A stretch of 64,000 bases of DNA from NCBI RefSeq assembly GCF_009914755.1, contig NC_060937.1; one strand, written 5' to 3'. Positions within the stretch are counted from its first letter, which is position 1; each line of letters starts with the position of its first letter. This DNA is from the human T2T-CHM13v2.0 reference genome, Homo sapiens. The notes under the pieces are model-generated. The model searched no databases, had not been told where the DNA came from, and saw only the letters and a list, made by a program, of their open reading frames with translations. The position numbers and the translations under genes are program-made. Shown piece after piece: positions 1-30,518 of the stretch.

Positions 1-499
1 CTATTAATGACAGGGGATAGTCTTCATAATGTTTACTGGGGACCCAGAGGAGAAGTAGCAGTAGTTTAGGAGCCCAGAGATTCCAAATCTCTGCTAGGAT
101 GTAGACTGTAAGTGTAACCCCTGACATCGTGATCCCACCCATTCCCTCTCTGGGTTTGGCAGATCAGTGCTTTCTGGCCCTGGGAGAAGTCCCCTCGCTG
201 CCTTTGACCAGTGCTAGGGGCTCTAGTATGTCTTGGCTTTCCTGAAGTCCAGTCCAGTTCTACCTAAGACAATTTGTTTAAACAGAGTTTATCCCTGTAT
301 AACTTCAGAATGGACAATAACTCATTCGATTATTTTCTCTGGAAGTGGCTCAAAACATGGTTCTCACCTAAATGCGTATTACCAGATTACTCTCAGTGGT
401 CCTGGGCAGGGCAAAGCCAGGCAAAAGCCCTGCTGCAGGAGGGTCCACAGAAGAATAAAAAGCTGACAGCCTCACAAGAACCTTTTATGCCTTCCCTCC

Positions 500-770
500 T
501 TTTCTTTAATCAGAATAACTGAGTTGTTTTCAAGATGCATTAGGGAAAGTGTGGCATTACAGCAGGAATAGAAGATAGTCTCTGCCCTTGAGGAACTTTA
601 AAAGCTAGTTAAGGAGGCAAAATACAACTATTTGAAGCCTTCCTAAAGCAGTATATGTGCAAGTGCAAATTGATAGCTTAACAGAAATTTCAGTGATGGG
701 GATACAGAGAAGTGAAATGATCTCTCCTGGTCTGTTCAGAGGCTTTCTAGAAGGAGTGAGGTATCGGATT
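500..770. mobile_element. Probable old L2 fragment in the intron
   Basis: Motifs gatagtctctgcccttgaggaactt and tcagaggctttctagaaggagtgag are typical of degraded L2. Confidence 0.4.
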
Positions 771-3700
771 TTAAAGAAAGTGATAAATATAAATTGAGGA
801 GAGAAAGGAATTTCTCTTTTGTTGCTTTTGTTTTTGTTTTTGGCAATCAGCTTCCTTAGGTTGAATGGGCACAATATTGATGGTGTTATCTGGTAAATAA
901 TTAGATGCATTTACAAATGCTAATAATACTAATCTTTGATATGGACCTTCTGTTCCAAGTATAGGAAATGTGTGACAATGAGTTTTAATAGAAAGGTTTT
1001 TGATGGAAAATTACTGGCATAGACGTAAAAATATGAATTAGTGAGCTAAAATCATCCTCCTACTTTATCTCTTTTCTTAGATATCTAAATCATTTTCCTA
1101 TGAATTTCTTTAATAAGTGTTTCCTATTTTTCTCCCTTTTGATTTTTAGAAGCAAATCTAATATGAGCCTATTTCAGAGACTAAATTTCGTAAGTCTCAA
1201 ATGATAGGAAAAATCTAATTATTATTGAATTGCATGAAAATATTTTCCTCTTGAAATAAGAGCCCATTTTGAGCTTCAAGGACTCTTAAGTTCTAAGAGT
1301 TTAGATTAGGTTGAAATAATTTATTCTACTTTAAAAGTTTGGATTGTTTAGGTTCGCAGAACAAGATACAAGATTTTAAGTTCTTTGAGGCCAGAAACCA
1401 AGTCTTATTTGAGTTTTGCAAGGCATTTAGTACAGGTTACACCTTCACTAATAAACAGTGACTTTAATTCTCATGATATTTTAGCTTTATCAGATATTGA
1501 TTGAGTTGTCTTTTAGTCACCAGGAAGGAAACCGATGTGTAAATTTGCTGCAATAAACTTTTAAAACATTATCTAAAATAACTATTTTAAGATAAATATT
1601 TTATCAGTGATTTTTATTCTTTTGTTAGAAGAATCTATGTAGAACATTTTAGGGAAAGGCCTTGGTATGTCTATTGAATGTGTTCAGCAGAGCAGAGAAA
1701 CTTCCCATTCCATTGTGATAGGTTCAGAAGTCATTCAGAGGGGGGAAAAAAAAGGACAATTTTCAGTTTGTTGCTGAGGATTTTTAAAATGGCTTACAAA
1801 CATGTTCCACTAACCCACTGAAATTCACTTACCCTGGGGGAAAGGAGCTATCGTTAGGTGATACCTGGGAATTGGCAATACCTGAACAGTGCTCAGGACC
1901 CCACAGGCCCCACAGAGGCTGGCACTGCCAGGTTGTGCTCTCTGTTTCAGATCGTCTGGGGTTCAAGGCTTGCTGTGAGTCCATTAAGCCATTCCTTAGC
2001 TGACCTTCGCAAGTGGCTTTAGAATCTGGAAATGAATTTGAACAATATGTATGTGTTCCTTAAATCGTTCAAAGAGAGTGTATTAGTGTTTGCTAATGGA
2101 AGATTTAAGTGAGACATTAAGGAAAAGTGGCAGACCAGGATTCTTAATGTGGAGCTCATCGTTTTGCTTCTAACTCTACGGGGTTATTGTGAGGAAGCGA
2201 GATAATGAGAAGTACCTCGCTCTGGAGTATGTGCTCCATGGCTGCTGGTGCCTGCTCCCTTTTCCTTTTACCGGTAATGTTTCTGCTTAACATTTTTGTA
2301 AAGTATGTTAATGACTTTATCAGCGTGGATAGTATGCATGTTTAACTTGAACATAGTTTTCAAAGATTAGAGATTCTAGCAAAATACTCCTGTAATTTAA
2401 AAACAGAAGGAGAAAACACATACTTTGAGATAAAGTGGGAGCTTGTTTTCTGTGCTGTACAAACTTGTCACTTTTTTCTTTTTGCCTTTGGAAAGTTTCA
2501 CGTTAACAGCATGAGAACTTAAAAATACAGTTGATGTTGAAAGAGCTTAACTAAATATTTTAAATTGGTGGTATTGGAAAGAGATTCTGTAAAAATCCAA
2601 TTAAACTTTTGAAAGCTCTATCCTGTTGAAATATAACTTAAAGGAAGTCAGTTTGGTTTCCCAGAAGTACTGTGCATAGTGTTTCTGGCTGAGGAAGAAA
2701 GGCCCAAGTCTGCTGTTTGGCCAGAAATTGGGTACCAGCTTCCTCTACGATGTTTTACTTGAACGGTGTTGACACTTGAACAAATCCCATAGAAACTGCC
2801 CCAAGTGGGGGGATAGTTGTCCTTACTTTTATGGTAAGACTTGGCCCCAGTAACTAACATTCCAGACACTGGTAGTATTCTTGGCTGAATACTCTATAGA
2901 TGTGCATAAATTGAGAGCAAAACCCCAAATGTTTTAGAAACTTTAATGGCTACCGTATTTCAAGCAATCAGTAAAGTAAACTTTAAAAAATACTGGTGCA
3001 GTTTATTGCTTCATAGCCAATAAAAATAGTGAACAAAAAGAGTCTAGTGTCCCTTGTTTCTTACATAAACTCTGAAAATTCAGTTCTGCTATTTAATTAT
3101 TAAATTCAAAAGACTAGAATGATTTCTTTTAAAATTGGGAGCACTATAGGAATTTTTTTCCTTGTCTCAGACATCAGAAATAACTTTTTCTTTCCATTAA
3201 ATGACAGTAAAGTATTTAACCAATATGTTTGTTTCTGTGGTTTATTTTTCACAGGGAACAAAAACTAATAGTACTGTGCAAAAATTTTTTTTGTGATCAA
3301 TTTACATCTACAAATGTGATAGCTATATTTACTACTGGTGTTAAAATATTTCTATATATCAGACATTTTATGTGATTGTAAGTGACAGAACGTGATTTAT
3401 ACTTTGTTTTGTAAATGGCTTGAGTGTCTTAGGTTAAATTTCTGGTTAGAATCTACTATGAGGGGAGAAAAAACTTCTAGAATTGAGATGTTCATTTTTA
3501 AAGTGGATTGATAGGAACCAGAAAGGGAATTAAAACAAAAACTGTCTGGGTCAGAGGCAGAGGAGAGAAGAGAGGAAGTATGGCACAGCAATCCATACCA
3601 TGGGAAATGTAGGTGAACTCTCAAGGGAAAAAAAATTGGGACCACTTTCATGTCGTCTGTTTTGGCACTTTCTTCTTTGTCTGAGAGTCAGAGTGGTTAT

Positions 3701-4309
3701 CATGACAACAAAAATATATTAACCACAAATTGTAGAAATCTCAGTTGATGAGGACAGGGTCTTTTAAAGTTTAGACTGACTTGGTTAATCCTACAACTTC
3801 CTGAACATGATACTGCTAAATTAGGCAGAAAGGTTGTGCAGTTTCTGTTTCGTCAGAACTAAACAAGTGTTCAAAGCAACTCTGAGGTTCCTCCCTTTCA
3901 GAAGGAAACATTTTTTTAAGGGAATTTAAGAGGTGAAAAAGTATCTATATAAAACTCAGCAGTAAGCCAGTAATACTTTAATATACAAATTTATCTCACG
4001 AATTCTTATAAAAAATTCATAGAAAATTATAAAATCATAAATGTAGGAACTGCTAGTTAATGCTCACTGAAAGAACGTTTTGGCATTTATTCCTACTGGA
4101 ATATATGATCTCCAGTAGGATTCTTCACAAACAGAGAATTAAGACTACATTATGAATATTTAGTGGTTTTGAAAGTTAAACAGCTGGCAAGCTTTGGGGA
4201 GCATTAGGAATAATATACATTACAGGATGGGAGGGAGGAACATACCAACTCACTACTCAAGGGAAGAGAACTGTGAAAGAATGGAATGGGTAGGTTGAAC
4301 AATTTCAGA

Positions 4310-4440
4310 CTTTTAGATGTATATTACACATGTAAGCTCCATGAGGCCAACTGTTTTTATTTTGTTAGCCATTGTATCACAAGTATTTGGGACAGTTCCT
4401 GGCCTATAATAGATGCTTGGCGAATTGTTTATGGAATGAA
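4310..4440. mobile_element. L2 3'-end fragment
   Basis: tgtaagctccatgaggc...cagttcctggcctataatagatgcttggcgaattgtttatggaatgaa resembles the L2 terminus. Confidence 0.5.
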
Positions 4441-5058
4441 TTTTGGGTGTAACACATGACAAAGAAAAACTAAATACAAGTCAACAAATGTCAGTTTTTA
4501 CAGTTGTTTCATGGTCTTTTTTTTTTACCAATGTGAAGTTATCAGTACCAGACTATTTTGCTTCAATCTGCAAAAGGAAGGTGTGTGAAGGTGTGTGTGA
4601 CTCTCAAAGAGTGAATGCCCTAATAGTCCATTTTGGAGGCCATGTTTTCAAGTGAACTGATTGATGAGCTGCAAGCTTCTGTCTGGCTAATTTAGAAACA
4701 TCTAGGACCAGCTTCTGGTTAAGCAGTTGTGGTACATGAAATTCATTGTATAGGTGATTCGTGCAACAGCTTCTGAATTTTTTCCTCCCTCACCCACCTT
4801 ACAGCCATTAGTCCTATAATAATTTAATTTGGGTTTGTTGGTATAGAAACTGTATTTGCACAATAATGATAAAGCCACTCAGGCTCATCTAGTCATTTCC
4901 TGGATTTATGTGTGTAGGAGTACATAAAAATAAGGGCACTGATTCGTTTTGTACTTGTCTAAAATTGTTATTCTTCAGTTGTTCAAAGGTACACAAAATG
5001 CTTTTTTCTTTATAAGGTAAAAAATACTTGGAGGTTATAAGAAATAACTCTTAACTAG

Positions 5059-5403
<345 letters not shown>

Positions 5404-5514
5404 GCACTGCCCGTGTGACCCGTTCCAGGTCCCCTGGGCTCCCTCAAATGACAGACCTAACTATTCCTGTGTAAAAACAACAAAAACAAAAAAAAACAAG
5501 AAAACCACAACTAA

Positions 5515-5522
5515 AACTGGAA
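5515..5522 (+). promoter_or_regulatory. miR-145-5p 8mer site (AACTGGAA)
   Basis: Exact complement of the seed UCCAGUU plus A1; the AAAACTGGA context extends the pairing. KLF5 is an established miR-145 target. Confidence 0.8.
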
Positions 5523-5640
5523 ATGTATATTTTGTATATTTGAGAAAACAGGGAATACATTGTATTAATACCAAAGTGTTTGGTCATTTTAAGAATCTGG
5601 AATGCTTGCTGTAATGTATATGGCTTTACTCAAGCAGATC

Positions 5641-5648
5641 TCATCTCA
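5641..5648 (+). promoter_or_regulatory. miR-143-3p 8mer site (TCATCTCA)
   Basis: Exact complement of the seed GAGAUGA plus A1. Confidence 0.65.
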
Positions 5649-6152
5649 TGACAGGCAGCCACGTCTCAACATGGGTAAGGGGTGGGGGTGGAGGGGAGTG
5701 TGTGCAGCGTTTTTACCTAGGCACCATCATTTAATGTGACAGTGTTCAGTAAACAAATCAGTTGGCAGGCACCAGAAGAAGAATGGATTGTATGTCAAGA
5801 TTTTACTTGGCATTGAGTAGTTTTTTTCAATAGTAGGTAATTCCTTAGAGATACAGTATACCTGGCAATTCACAAATAGCCATTGAACAAATGTGTGGGT
5901 TTTTAAAAATTATATACATATATGAGTTGCCTATATTTGCTATTCAAAATTTTGTAAATATGCAAATCAGCTTTATAGGTTTATTACAAGTTTTTTAGGA
6001 TTCTTTTGGGGAAGAGTCATAATTCTTTTGAAAATAACCATGAATACACTTACAGTTAGGATTTGTGGTAAGGTACCTCTCAACATTACCAAAATCATTT
6101 CTTTAGAGGGAAGGAATAATCATTCAAATGAACTTTAAAAAAGCAAATTTCA

Positions 6153-6160
6153 TGCACTGA
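6153..6160 (+). promoter_or_regulatory. miR-148/152 8mer site (TGCACTGA)
   Basis: Exact seed match plus A1 in the 3'UTR. Confidence 0.6.
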
Positions 6161-6259
6161 TTAAAATAGGATTATTTTAAATACAAAAGGCATTTTATAT
6201 GAATTATAAACTGAAGAGCTTAAAGATAGTTACAAAATACAAAAGTTCAACCTCTTACA

Positions 6260-6267
6260 ATAAGCTA
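6260..6267 (+). promoter_or_regulatory. miR-21-5p 8mer site (ATAAGCTA)
   Basis: Exact seed match plus A1 in the 3'UTR. Confidence 0.6.
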
Positions 6268-6802
6268 AACGCAATGTCATTTTTAAAAAGAAGGACTTAG
6301 GGTGTCGTTTTCACATATGACAATGTTGCATTTATGATGCAGTTTCAAGTACCAAAACGTTGAATTGATGATGCAGTTTTCATATATCGAGATGTTCGCT
6401 CGTGCAGTACTGTTGGTTAAATGACAATTTATGTGGATTTTGCATGTAATACACAGTGAGACACAGTAATTTTATCTAAATTACAGTGCAGTTTAGTTAA
6501 TCTATTAATACTGACTCAGTGTCTGCCTTTAAATATAAATGATATGTTGAAAACTTAAGGAAGCAAATGCTACATATATGCAATATAAAATAGTAATGTG
6601 ATGCTGATGCTGTTAACCAAAGGGCAGAATAAATAAGCAAAATGCCAAAAGGGGTCTTAATTGAAATGAAAATTTAATTTTGTTTTTAAAATATTGTTTA
6701 TCTTTATTTATTTTGTGGTAATATAGTAAGTTTTTTTAGAAGACAATTTTCATAACTTGATAAATTATAGTTTTGTTTGTTAGAAAAGTTGCTCTTAAAA
6801 GA

Positions 6803-6830
6803 TGTAAATAGATGACAAACGATGTAAATA
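6803..6830 (+). promoter_or_regulatory. Paired Pumilio response elements (TGTAAATA at 6803 and 6823; a third at 5953)
   Basis: Exact matches to the UGUAHAUA consensus. Confidence 0.6.
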
Positions 6831-6943
6831 ATTTTGTAAGAGGCTTCAAAATGTTTATACGTGGAAACACACCTACATGAAAAGCAGAAATCGGTTGCTG
6901 TTTTGCTTCTTTTTCCCTCTTATTTTTGTATTGTGGTCATTTC

Positions 6944-6951
6944 CTATGCAA
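6944..6951 (+). promoter_or_regulatory. miR-153 8mer site (CTATGCAA)
   Basis: Exact seed match plus A1 near the end of the 3'UTR. Confidence 0.6.
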
Positions 6952-7035
6952 ATAATGGAGCAAACAGCTGTATAGTTGTAGAATTTTTTGAGAGAATGAG
7001 ATGTTTATATATTAACGACAATTTTTTTTTTGGAA

Positions 7036-7465
<430 letters not shown>

Positions 7466-7707
7466 GGGGGATTTATTTTTTAAATTAGCATAAAGGGAGT
7501 CATAATTCACGAATACTTATCTGGCCACGTAATGCACGAGACCTTAAGCATCCTTAGTTGAAAACACCATAGAGAGTTAACTTGCATGTGCTAGTCTGGA
7601 GGCTGTGTCATCAGAGGCAAACAAGAAGAATTGGTGTAACACTTAAAAAAATCATTAGGATTTGGTTTTATTCCGCAGCAACAAGTACACCTAGAACCTA
7701 CATCTTG

Positions 7708-8313
<606 letters not shown>

Positions 8314-8384
8314 CTAGATCTTGGTTTCTAATACCATTGTCCAATTTTTAAAAAATGAGCTCCTTAGAGAAACAGCTGATTCTA

Positions 8385-10220
<1,836 letters not shown>

Positions 10221-10237
10221 AAAAAAAGTGAAGAAAA

Positions 10238-10504
<267 letters not shown>

Positions 10505-10704
10505 TCAGTATCACTATTACATATTCCCACAATAAATGGTATGGGGGAGGGATCCCCAATGTTCTCAGATCTGAAGTAAAAAACTGCAGTTATGTATTTT
10601 GGCAACATGTTTATTTAGCTTCATTATTTGACTCCTCACTCTTCCTAATCATTGGAGTAATATCTAGCTCAAGAATATTACACACTTCATTCCTTTGCCA
10701 CAGC

Positions 10705-11090
10705 TTTTTCCCTCCCTCCTTCCCTCCCTTCCTCGCTTTCTTCCTTCCTTCCTTCCCTCTTTCCTCCCTTTGTCTTTTCTTTCTTTTCTTCTCTTTTATT
10801 TCTTTTTCTTTTTGAGACAGGGTCTTGCTCTGTCACCCAGGCTGGAGTGCATGGCACGACCGTGGCTCACTCCAGCCTTGACCTCCCAGGTTCAAGCAAT
10901 CCTGCCATCTAAGTCTCCCAAGTACCTGGGACTACAGGTGTGAGTCATCATGCCTGGCTAATTTTGTGTGTGTCTGAAGACGGGAGCCTCCCTGTGTTGC
11001 CCAGGCTGGTCTTGAACTCCTGGGATCAAGGGATCCCTCCACCTTGACTTCCCAACTTGTGATTACAGGCGTGAGCTACTGTGTCCACCC
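10705..11090 (-). mobile_element. AluJ with a CT-rich (CCTT/CTTT) degenerate tail at 10705-10812
   Basis: A pyrimidine simple repeat runs into a J-type Alu body. Confidence 0.8.
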
Positions 11091-12041
11091 CTGCCCTGAA
11101 ACTTCTTAGATTCTTTTTGTGATTCAGCTCTAATTGATTGATAAGGAGATGTCAAAAAATTACCTCCTATTTCTGTGTGAATTGACTTAAGCCACTGCAG
11201 CAATTGAATACATCTAATGTTTGCCAAATTTCCTCTTCATGTTGCACTGTTGATACAGTGTTGGTGTTGGATTTTCGATAAGGTATGTGAACATGAAACT
11301 GTGATTATAATGCAAGCAAACATGTAATACCTTGTGTATTTTTAAACAGTATTAGTGAGTTTTCAAGGGAAAATGATTTTCAAAAGGCAACTATGCCTAA
11401 CCAACTTTTCAAAGTTGCAAATAATTTAATTGCTTATCATTGTTATGCTCATTTAATGACTATCTGGGTTCAAACATATTCTGACTGTTTATCTGTAAAC
11501 GAGCTACAGCAATTAGACAAAAATTGAGCAATATACCAGGTTCCAAGTGCAATTATGTGACTTGATTTCAAATAAGTAATGTTTTGGGGTTAACTATCTT
11601 CAGTTAATTTTTATTCTCCCCACTACTAAGTTATCTTGTTCTACTTCATGTTGTCATTTCATTCTTATATTGCAGCTCACATTAAGCATGTCACTTCATG
11701 GCATCCAATTAGAGAATCCTTAGATAAACATGACCTGGCCTGCCTACATAAAAATATTTTTAAAAATCTAGCTAAATTCCTTTTCCTATCTGTAATTAAG
11801 CCCACCAGAACTTTTTGGATTAACTCGTGGGCTGTAATGTAACAAAGAAGGGCTTTATTCTCTATTACTAAATCTGGTCCCTACTTTGAAGTTAACCAAA
11901 TTCCATCTTTGGTTAGATTCTTGACTACAGTGTGAAACTAATCAATGGGAGACTTTTTTAAAAATTACTCATACTGAAGTTATAGGTGACAAAACCTGGA
12001 AATTTGTAACTGTTTTAACAGTGACTATTAAGACAAAAAAT

Positions 12042-16228
<4,187 letters not shown>

Positions 16229-17149
16229 TAATTCCCCCCCAAACACAAAAGGCTTTGGGAGTGTACATTTTGTTGAAAATGTCACTGATTCCTCTTTGAC
16301 TATTAATTTTTCTTGGGTTCCGGATTCACCTGGACTTACATGACTTCAAGTGAATTGTGGAGCTTTTGTTCACCTGTGGGTAAAAACCCAGGTGATAGAG
16401 CCAGAGTGAGTGATGGGGCTCCTTTTTCTGCCTCACCTTATGCAGGGCTTGTAAGAGGTGGCGGAGAAGCAAAGCTTTTATAGAACTGCAGTACCAAATT
16501 ACACTTGTCATCACTGTAATAGGAGCTTGCGAAGATAGTTATCTTCCCAGCCTGTTTCTCCAGAACATTTCATACATTTTACACGAACATAAATAAGAAT
16601 TTTAATTGAGTACTTTTATAATTGTAGCATTCTATACTCCAGATGTCTTGAATGCTGTCTTGGTTGTCATAAAAATGTCCACCAAATGAGTAGATTGTTA
16701 TAAAAATGGGAAGGGCCAATAGACCATCAAAGACTCTCCCCGTAAGGCTTACCTATCAGAATGTGAGGTATTTCTTTGTTGAAAGATGTGTTTAGTTTCC
16801 TGCCTTGAAAACGTGATTGTTATGACATTACTGACAATGCAAATGTTTTGACCAAAAGCGAAACAAATGAAGAGATTTTATGTTTTGTTTTGTTTTTCTT
16901 TTTTCAACTACGTATAATCCTGGAATGGCATCAGATAAACAAGGTCTAAAAGACTGAAAATTAAAAATAATAAAAGCAGAGCCAGTTACTTGGGGGTAAT
17001 AAGAAGGAACTAAATATTGTGATAGATAGATACAAAGTACTTAGATCTTCCAGGCATTTTACTAAGAATATTTTCCTTTAAGAAAATTAGAGATATTTTA
17101 TGAATGTTACTTTTTTGAGCTAATTTATTTAAACTTTTTATGAGTGTTT

Positions 17150-17960
17150 AAAGAAAAAATGATAACATTGTCTGTGGGGGTTCTAATAGATGTAATACAT
17201 TTGACAACCATAGCAAAAAAGCAGAGAGATGGTGAATGGACTTGTATGTTTCGAAGGTTTCCAGATTTTACATGAAGTAGTTCGGTATTAACTTTACATT
17301 GTGAAAAGTTAAATAAAAGGTAAACTTTCTGTAAAGTTATAGGCTGGATGCAGTGGCTCACACCTGTAATCCCAGCACTTTGGGAGGTCAAGGCAGGAGG
17401 GTTGCTTGAGTCCAGGAGTCCGAGACCAGCCTGGGCAACATAGACCTCATTTCTACAAAAAATAAGAAAATTAGCTGGGCATGGTGGCATGAGCCTGTAG
17501 TCCCAGCTACTCAGGATGCTGGGGTGGCAGGATCCATTGAGCCCAGAGGTGGAGGTTGCAGTGAGACGTGACCACACCACTACACTCCAGCTTGGGTGAC
17601 AGAGTGACTTTGTCTTAAAAAAATATATATTTAAAAAAATATATATATACACATATATATATACATATATATACACATATATATACACATATATATACAC
17701 ATATATATACATATATATACACATATATACATATATATTTTTATAGTAATCTCCAAGAAAACAGTAAAAAAATACAATGAGACATAACTAAAAAGCAGAT
17801 AGATAAAATAGAATTTTAAAGAAATATTCAAATACTTAGAAAGCAGGGAAGTAAGAAGAGAGATACAAAACATCAGTGGGAAAAAAGAGAAAAAAATAGT
17901 AAAATGGTTAACCTAAATCCTACCATATCAATTGTTACACTAAACGTGAATGGACTAAAA
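17150..17960 (+). mobile_element. Ancient L1M inter-ORF region and ORF2 start, interrupted by an AluJ (17342-17622)
   Basis: 17904-17957 encodes MVNLNPTISIVTLNVNGL, homologous to the L1 ORF2 endonuclease N-terminus (ITILTLNINGL). Confidence 0.75.
17623..17738. repeat. (ACACATATATAT)n / (TA)n array at the Alu tail
   Basis: The 12-bp unit is repeated about 7 times. Confidence 0.9.
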
Positions 17961-17973
17961 AAAGTAGACTTTT

Positions 17974-25550
<7,577 letters not shown>

Positions 25551-25774
25551 ATATTGTATATTCTTTAAAACAACAACAAAAAAGCTCATTAGATTTTTCC
25601 CAGCTGAGTTCAACTCTTTGCCGTCTCCTATTTGTTTCTGACCACTCTACCAAAACCCACTTTAATCTAATAGCCAAGTGTTAAAGCTCCTCAGTTACTC
25701 AAAATCTACTTACTGGCAGATTGCAGGAGCCTTGGAGGAGGTAAGGTCTTGGCATTTTTTTAGTGAGTCTTGCC

Positions 25775-25990
25775 CTAGGTCCCTGGTTTCTAAATCTGGC
25801 CAGGTGTCATCATTGGAGGAACTAGTTAAACATCTGCATTCCTGGCACCATTCCAGCCTCGGTGACTCAGAATTTGGGGTGTGCTGCCCCCAGCCTCCAA
25901 AGAGTACAGCAGGAGCCTCAGGAATTTGAATTTTAACAAGTGTTCCAGGCAATTCTGATACCTGGGCAGATAGTCCAAACATTTAGTGTA
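25775..25990. mobile_element. MER5-type hAT-Charlie DNA transposon relic
   Basis: caggaatttgaattttaacaagtgttccaggcaattctgat resembles the MER5 core caggaatctgcattttaacaag...ccaggtgattctgatg. Confidence 0.55.
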
Positions 25991-26844
25991 AATTCCTTCC
26001 AGGGTCGGCAAAGGGACAAGGGAGAAGGATGAGTTCAAATTTTGGCAGAGATTGGGAGTGAGTCTGACTATCCGTCCATGTTGTCTATGTATTTTTACTC
26101 TTCTCTTTAGAGCCTACATTTTCCTCCCTGCCTTCCACGGTTGACTTGTAGACTGACTCTAAAGGACAAGGACTTGCTACTTCATTGGTATCAGAAGCAG
26201 GAATTTCTATGAAAATGAATAGACCTGAATTCTTTTATCTTACAATCCTGGAATTGTTAGGAATCTTAAAGGTCACTTAGTGATCTTATTTAGTGGGACA
26301 CCTTAGATATCCAAAGGACAAGCAATGACATCAAGATTAGCAACTCACATAATTGTGGTGAGCCACCCAGGGCAGGCCTTCCCTGAGGCTTCCAGCCTGA
26401 AGTCTCCAGCACTGCAAGCGGAGAGATCAGAAAGTCAGGAGTAGGCCTACGCTGGGAGAGAAGCAGGGGGCTGCGCACAGGAAAATGAAGGGAGATCAGA
26501 TGGTATATGGAGAGCAAAGAGGGAGTGGAAGAGGAATGTGGGTGAGAACAATCTTCCAGTGCACTCAAACACAAAGGAATTCACTTACTTACTCCCCAAA
26601 CACCTGCGAATTATCTCCTTAGAACCTGATCTGATGCTAACCACAGGTCTTGCCCTCAAGGAGCTCTCAATCTAGTGGGATAGACAAATACCCATGACAA
26701 TAGAGAGTGATAAGTCTAACAATAGAGGCAGACTCCAGGAGTAAGGTAAGAATATGTGCAAACACACCAGCCCCAAGGGTTTGTGGAGCCCTTAGAATTT
26801 ATTTACAGTATTGGATATAACGGCAACATTAAAATATGCAAGCT

Positions 26845-29500
<2,656 letters not shown>

Positions 29501-29808
29501 GAACAGCAAAAAGAACTTCTGAATCAGGAGTGCTGTAGGAAGTTTCAAGGGTAGGAATATTATACTTTTATAATCTACTCTTGTAATTGTTAGATTAATT
29601 GAAAACTAATAGTCAATCTGGCCTAGTCAATAATAAAGTTAGTTGGAATAAAATCCAGTGCTTAAAATTATTATAATTCAGTTAGTAAATGCCAACTGTA
29701 TGCTTAGCTTTAAATAAAATTTAAAAGATGGCCCTGTTTTCCTCTAAGATTATATAAGGTTCTTACTGCAATGGAATCCTAAGTCGTTTTATACAGCTTT
29801 TCATTTCT

Positions 29809-30518
29809 TTTTTTCTTTTTTTCTTTTTCTTTTTCTTTTTTTATTAGCACAAACGCATTTATTTATTAACCAAAGGGATGATCCTAATTAATCCAACACA
29901 CTTTGAAATAGCTGCATGTAAAATGTTCGTGATAAAGATAATTGAACACAGTAATGGAAAAAAAAAAAGAAACAGTATGGAGATTTGCTCATTGAACTGA
30001 GCTTGGTCATTCTCTTAGTTAACTCCTGTCCAAAGTGATGATGGAATTTTTATTCTACTTTTTCATAGATCCGAGTACAGGCGACATGGTTCATGACACA
30101 CTCCACCACTAATTTCCCATCTTTCAATTTTCTTGTTATTGTGCTTTCCTTCCCATCCCACTCCTGATGCTGAACCAATGCACCATCTGTAAAGTTGCAG
30201 ACAGTCTGAGTTTTTCTGCCATCAGCTGTGGTTTCTTCAAACTTCTCTCCCAGGGGACAAGAAAACTGTGTTGTTTTCAAAGTGCTCTCAGTTTTTATGG
30301 TGAGGTTTTTGCCATCACAAGTGACAATACAATCTGGCTTGGCCATTGCGCCCATTTTTCGCAAAGCTATTCCCACTCCTAGCTCCTTCATGTATTCATC
30401 AAAGCCTTTGCTGTCCACCAGGCGCCATCTTCCTTCCAGCTGCTGAACTGTGGCCATGGTGGGTGCGGGCGGGCTGGCATGCAGAGAGTGGTCTGCGTCG
30501 GCGTGGCAGCGTGCTGTC
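29809..30518 (-). pseudogene. FABP5P1: Full-length processed copy of FABP5 (epidermal fatty-acid-binding protein)
   Basis: Intronless 5'UTR, CDS and 3'UTR; AATAAA (29858-29867 on the minus strand); degenerate poly(A) at ~29809-29842; perfect 16-bp TSD ACAGCTTTTCATTTCT at 29793-29808 and 30519-30534. The symbol rests on my recollection that FABP5P1 lies next to KLF5. Confidence 0.93.
30050..30457 (-). CDS. Intact 135-aa FABP5-like ORF in the retrocopy (coding status unproven)
   Basis: MATVQQLEGRW...CTRIYEKVE* with no stop or frameshift and a strong Kozak context (CCCACCATGG). Confidence 0.45.
   Translation of the reverse strand: MATVQQLEGRWRLVDSKGFDEYMKELGVGIALRKMGAMAKPDCIVTCDGKNLTIKTESTLKTTQFSCPLGEKFEETTADGRKTQTVCNFTDGALVQHQEWDGKESTITRKLKDGKLVVECVMNHVACTRIYEKVE

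Noticed and set aside
17125-17873. 199-aa and 80-aa ORFs with YVYI/CIYM repeats (similar ORFs at 38057-38331 and 49642-49944)
   Set aside because: Read-through of TA-rich tandem repeats plus Alu.
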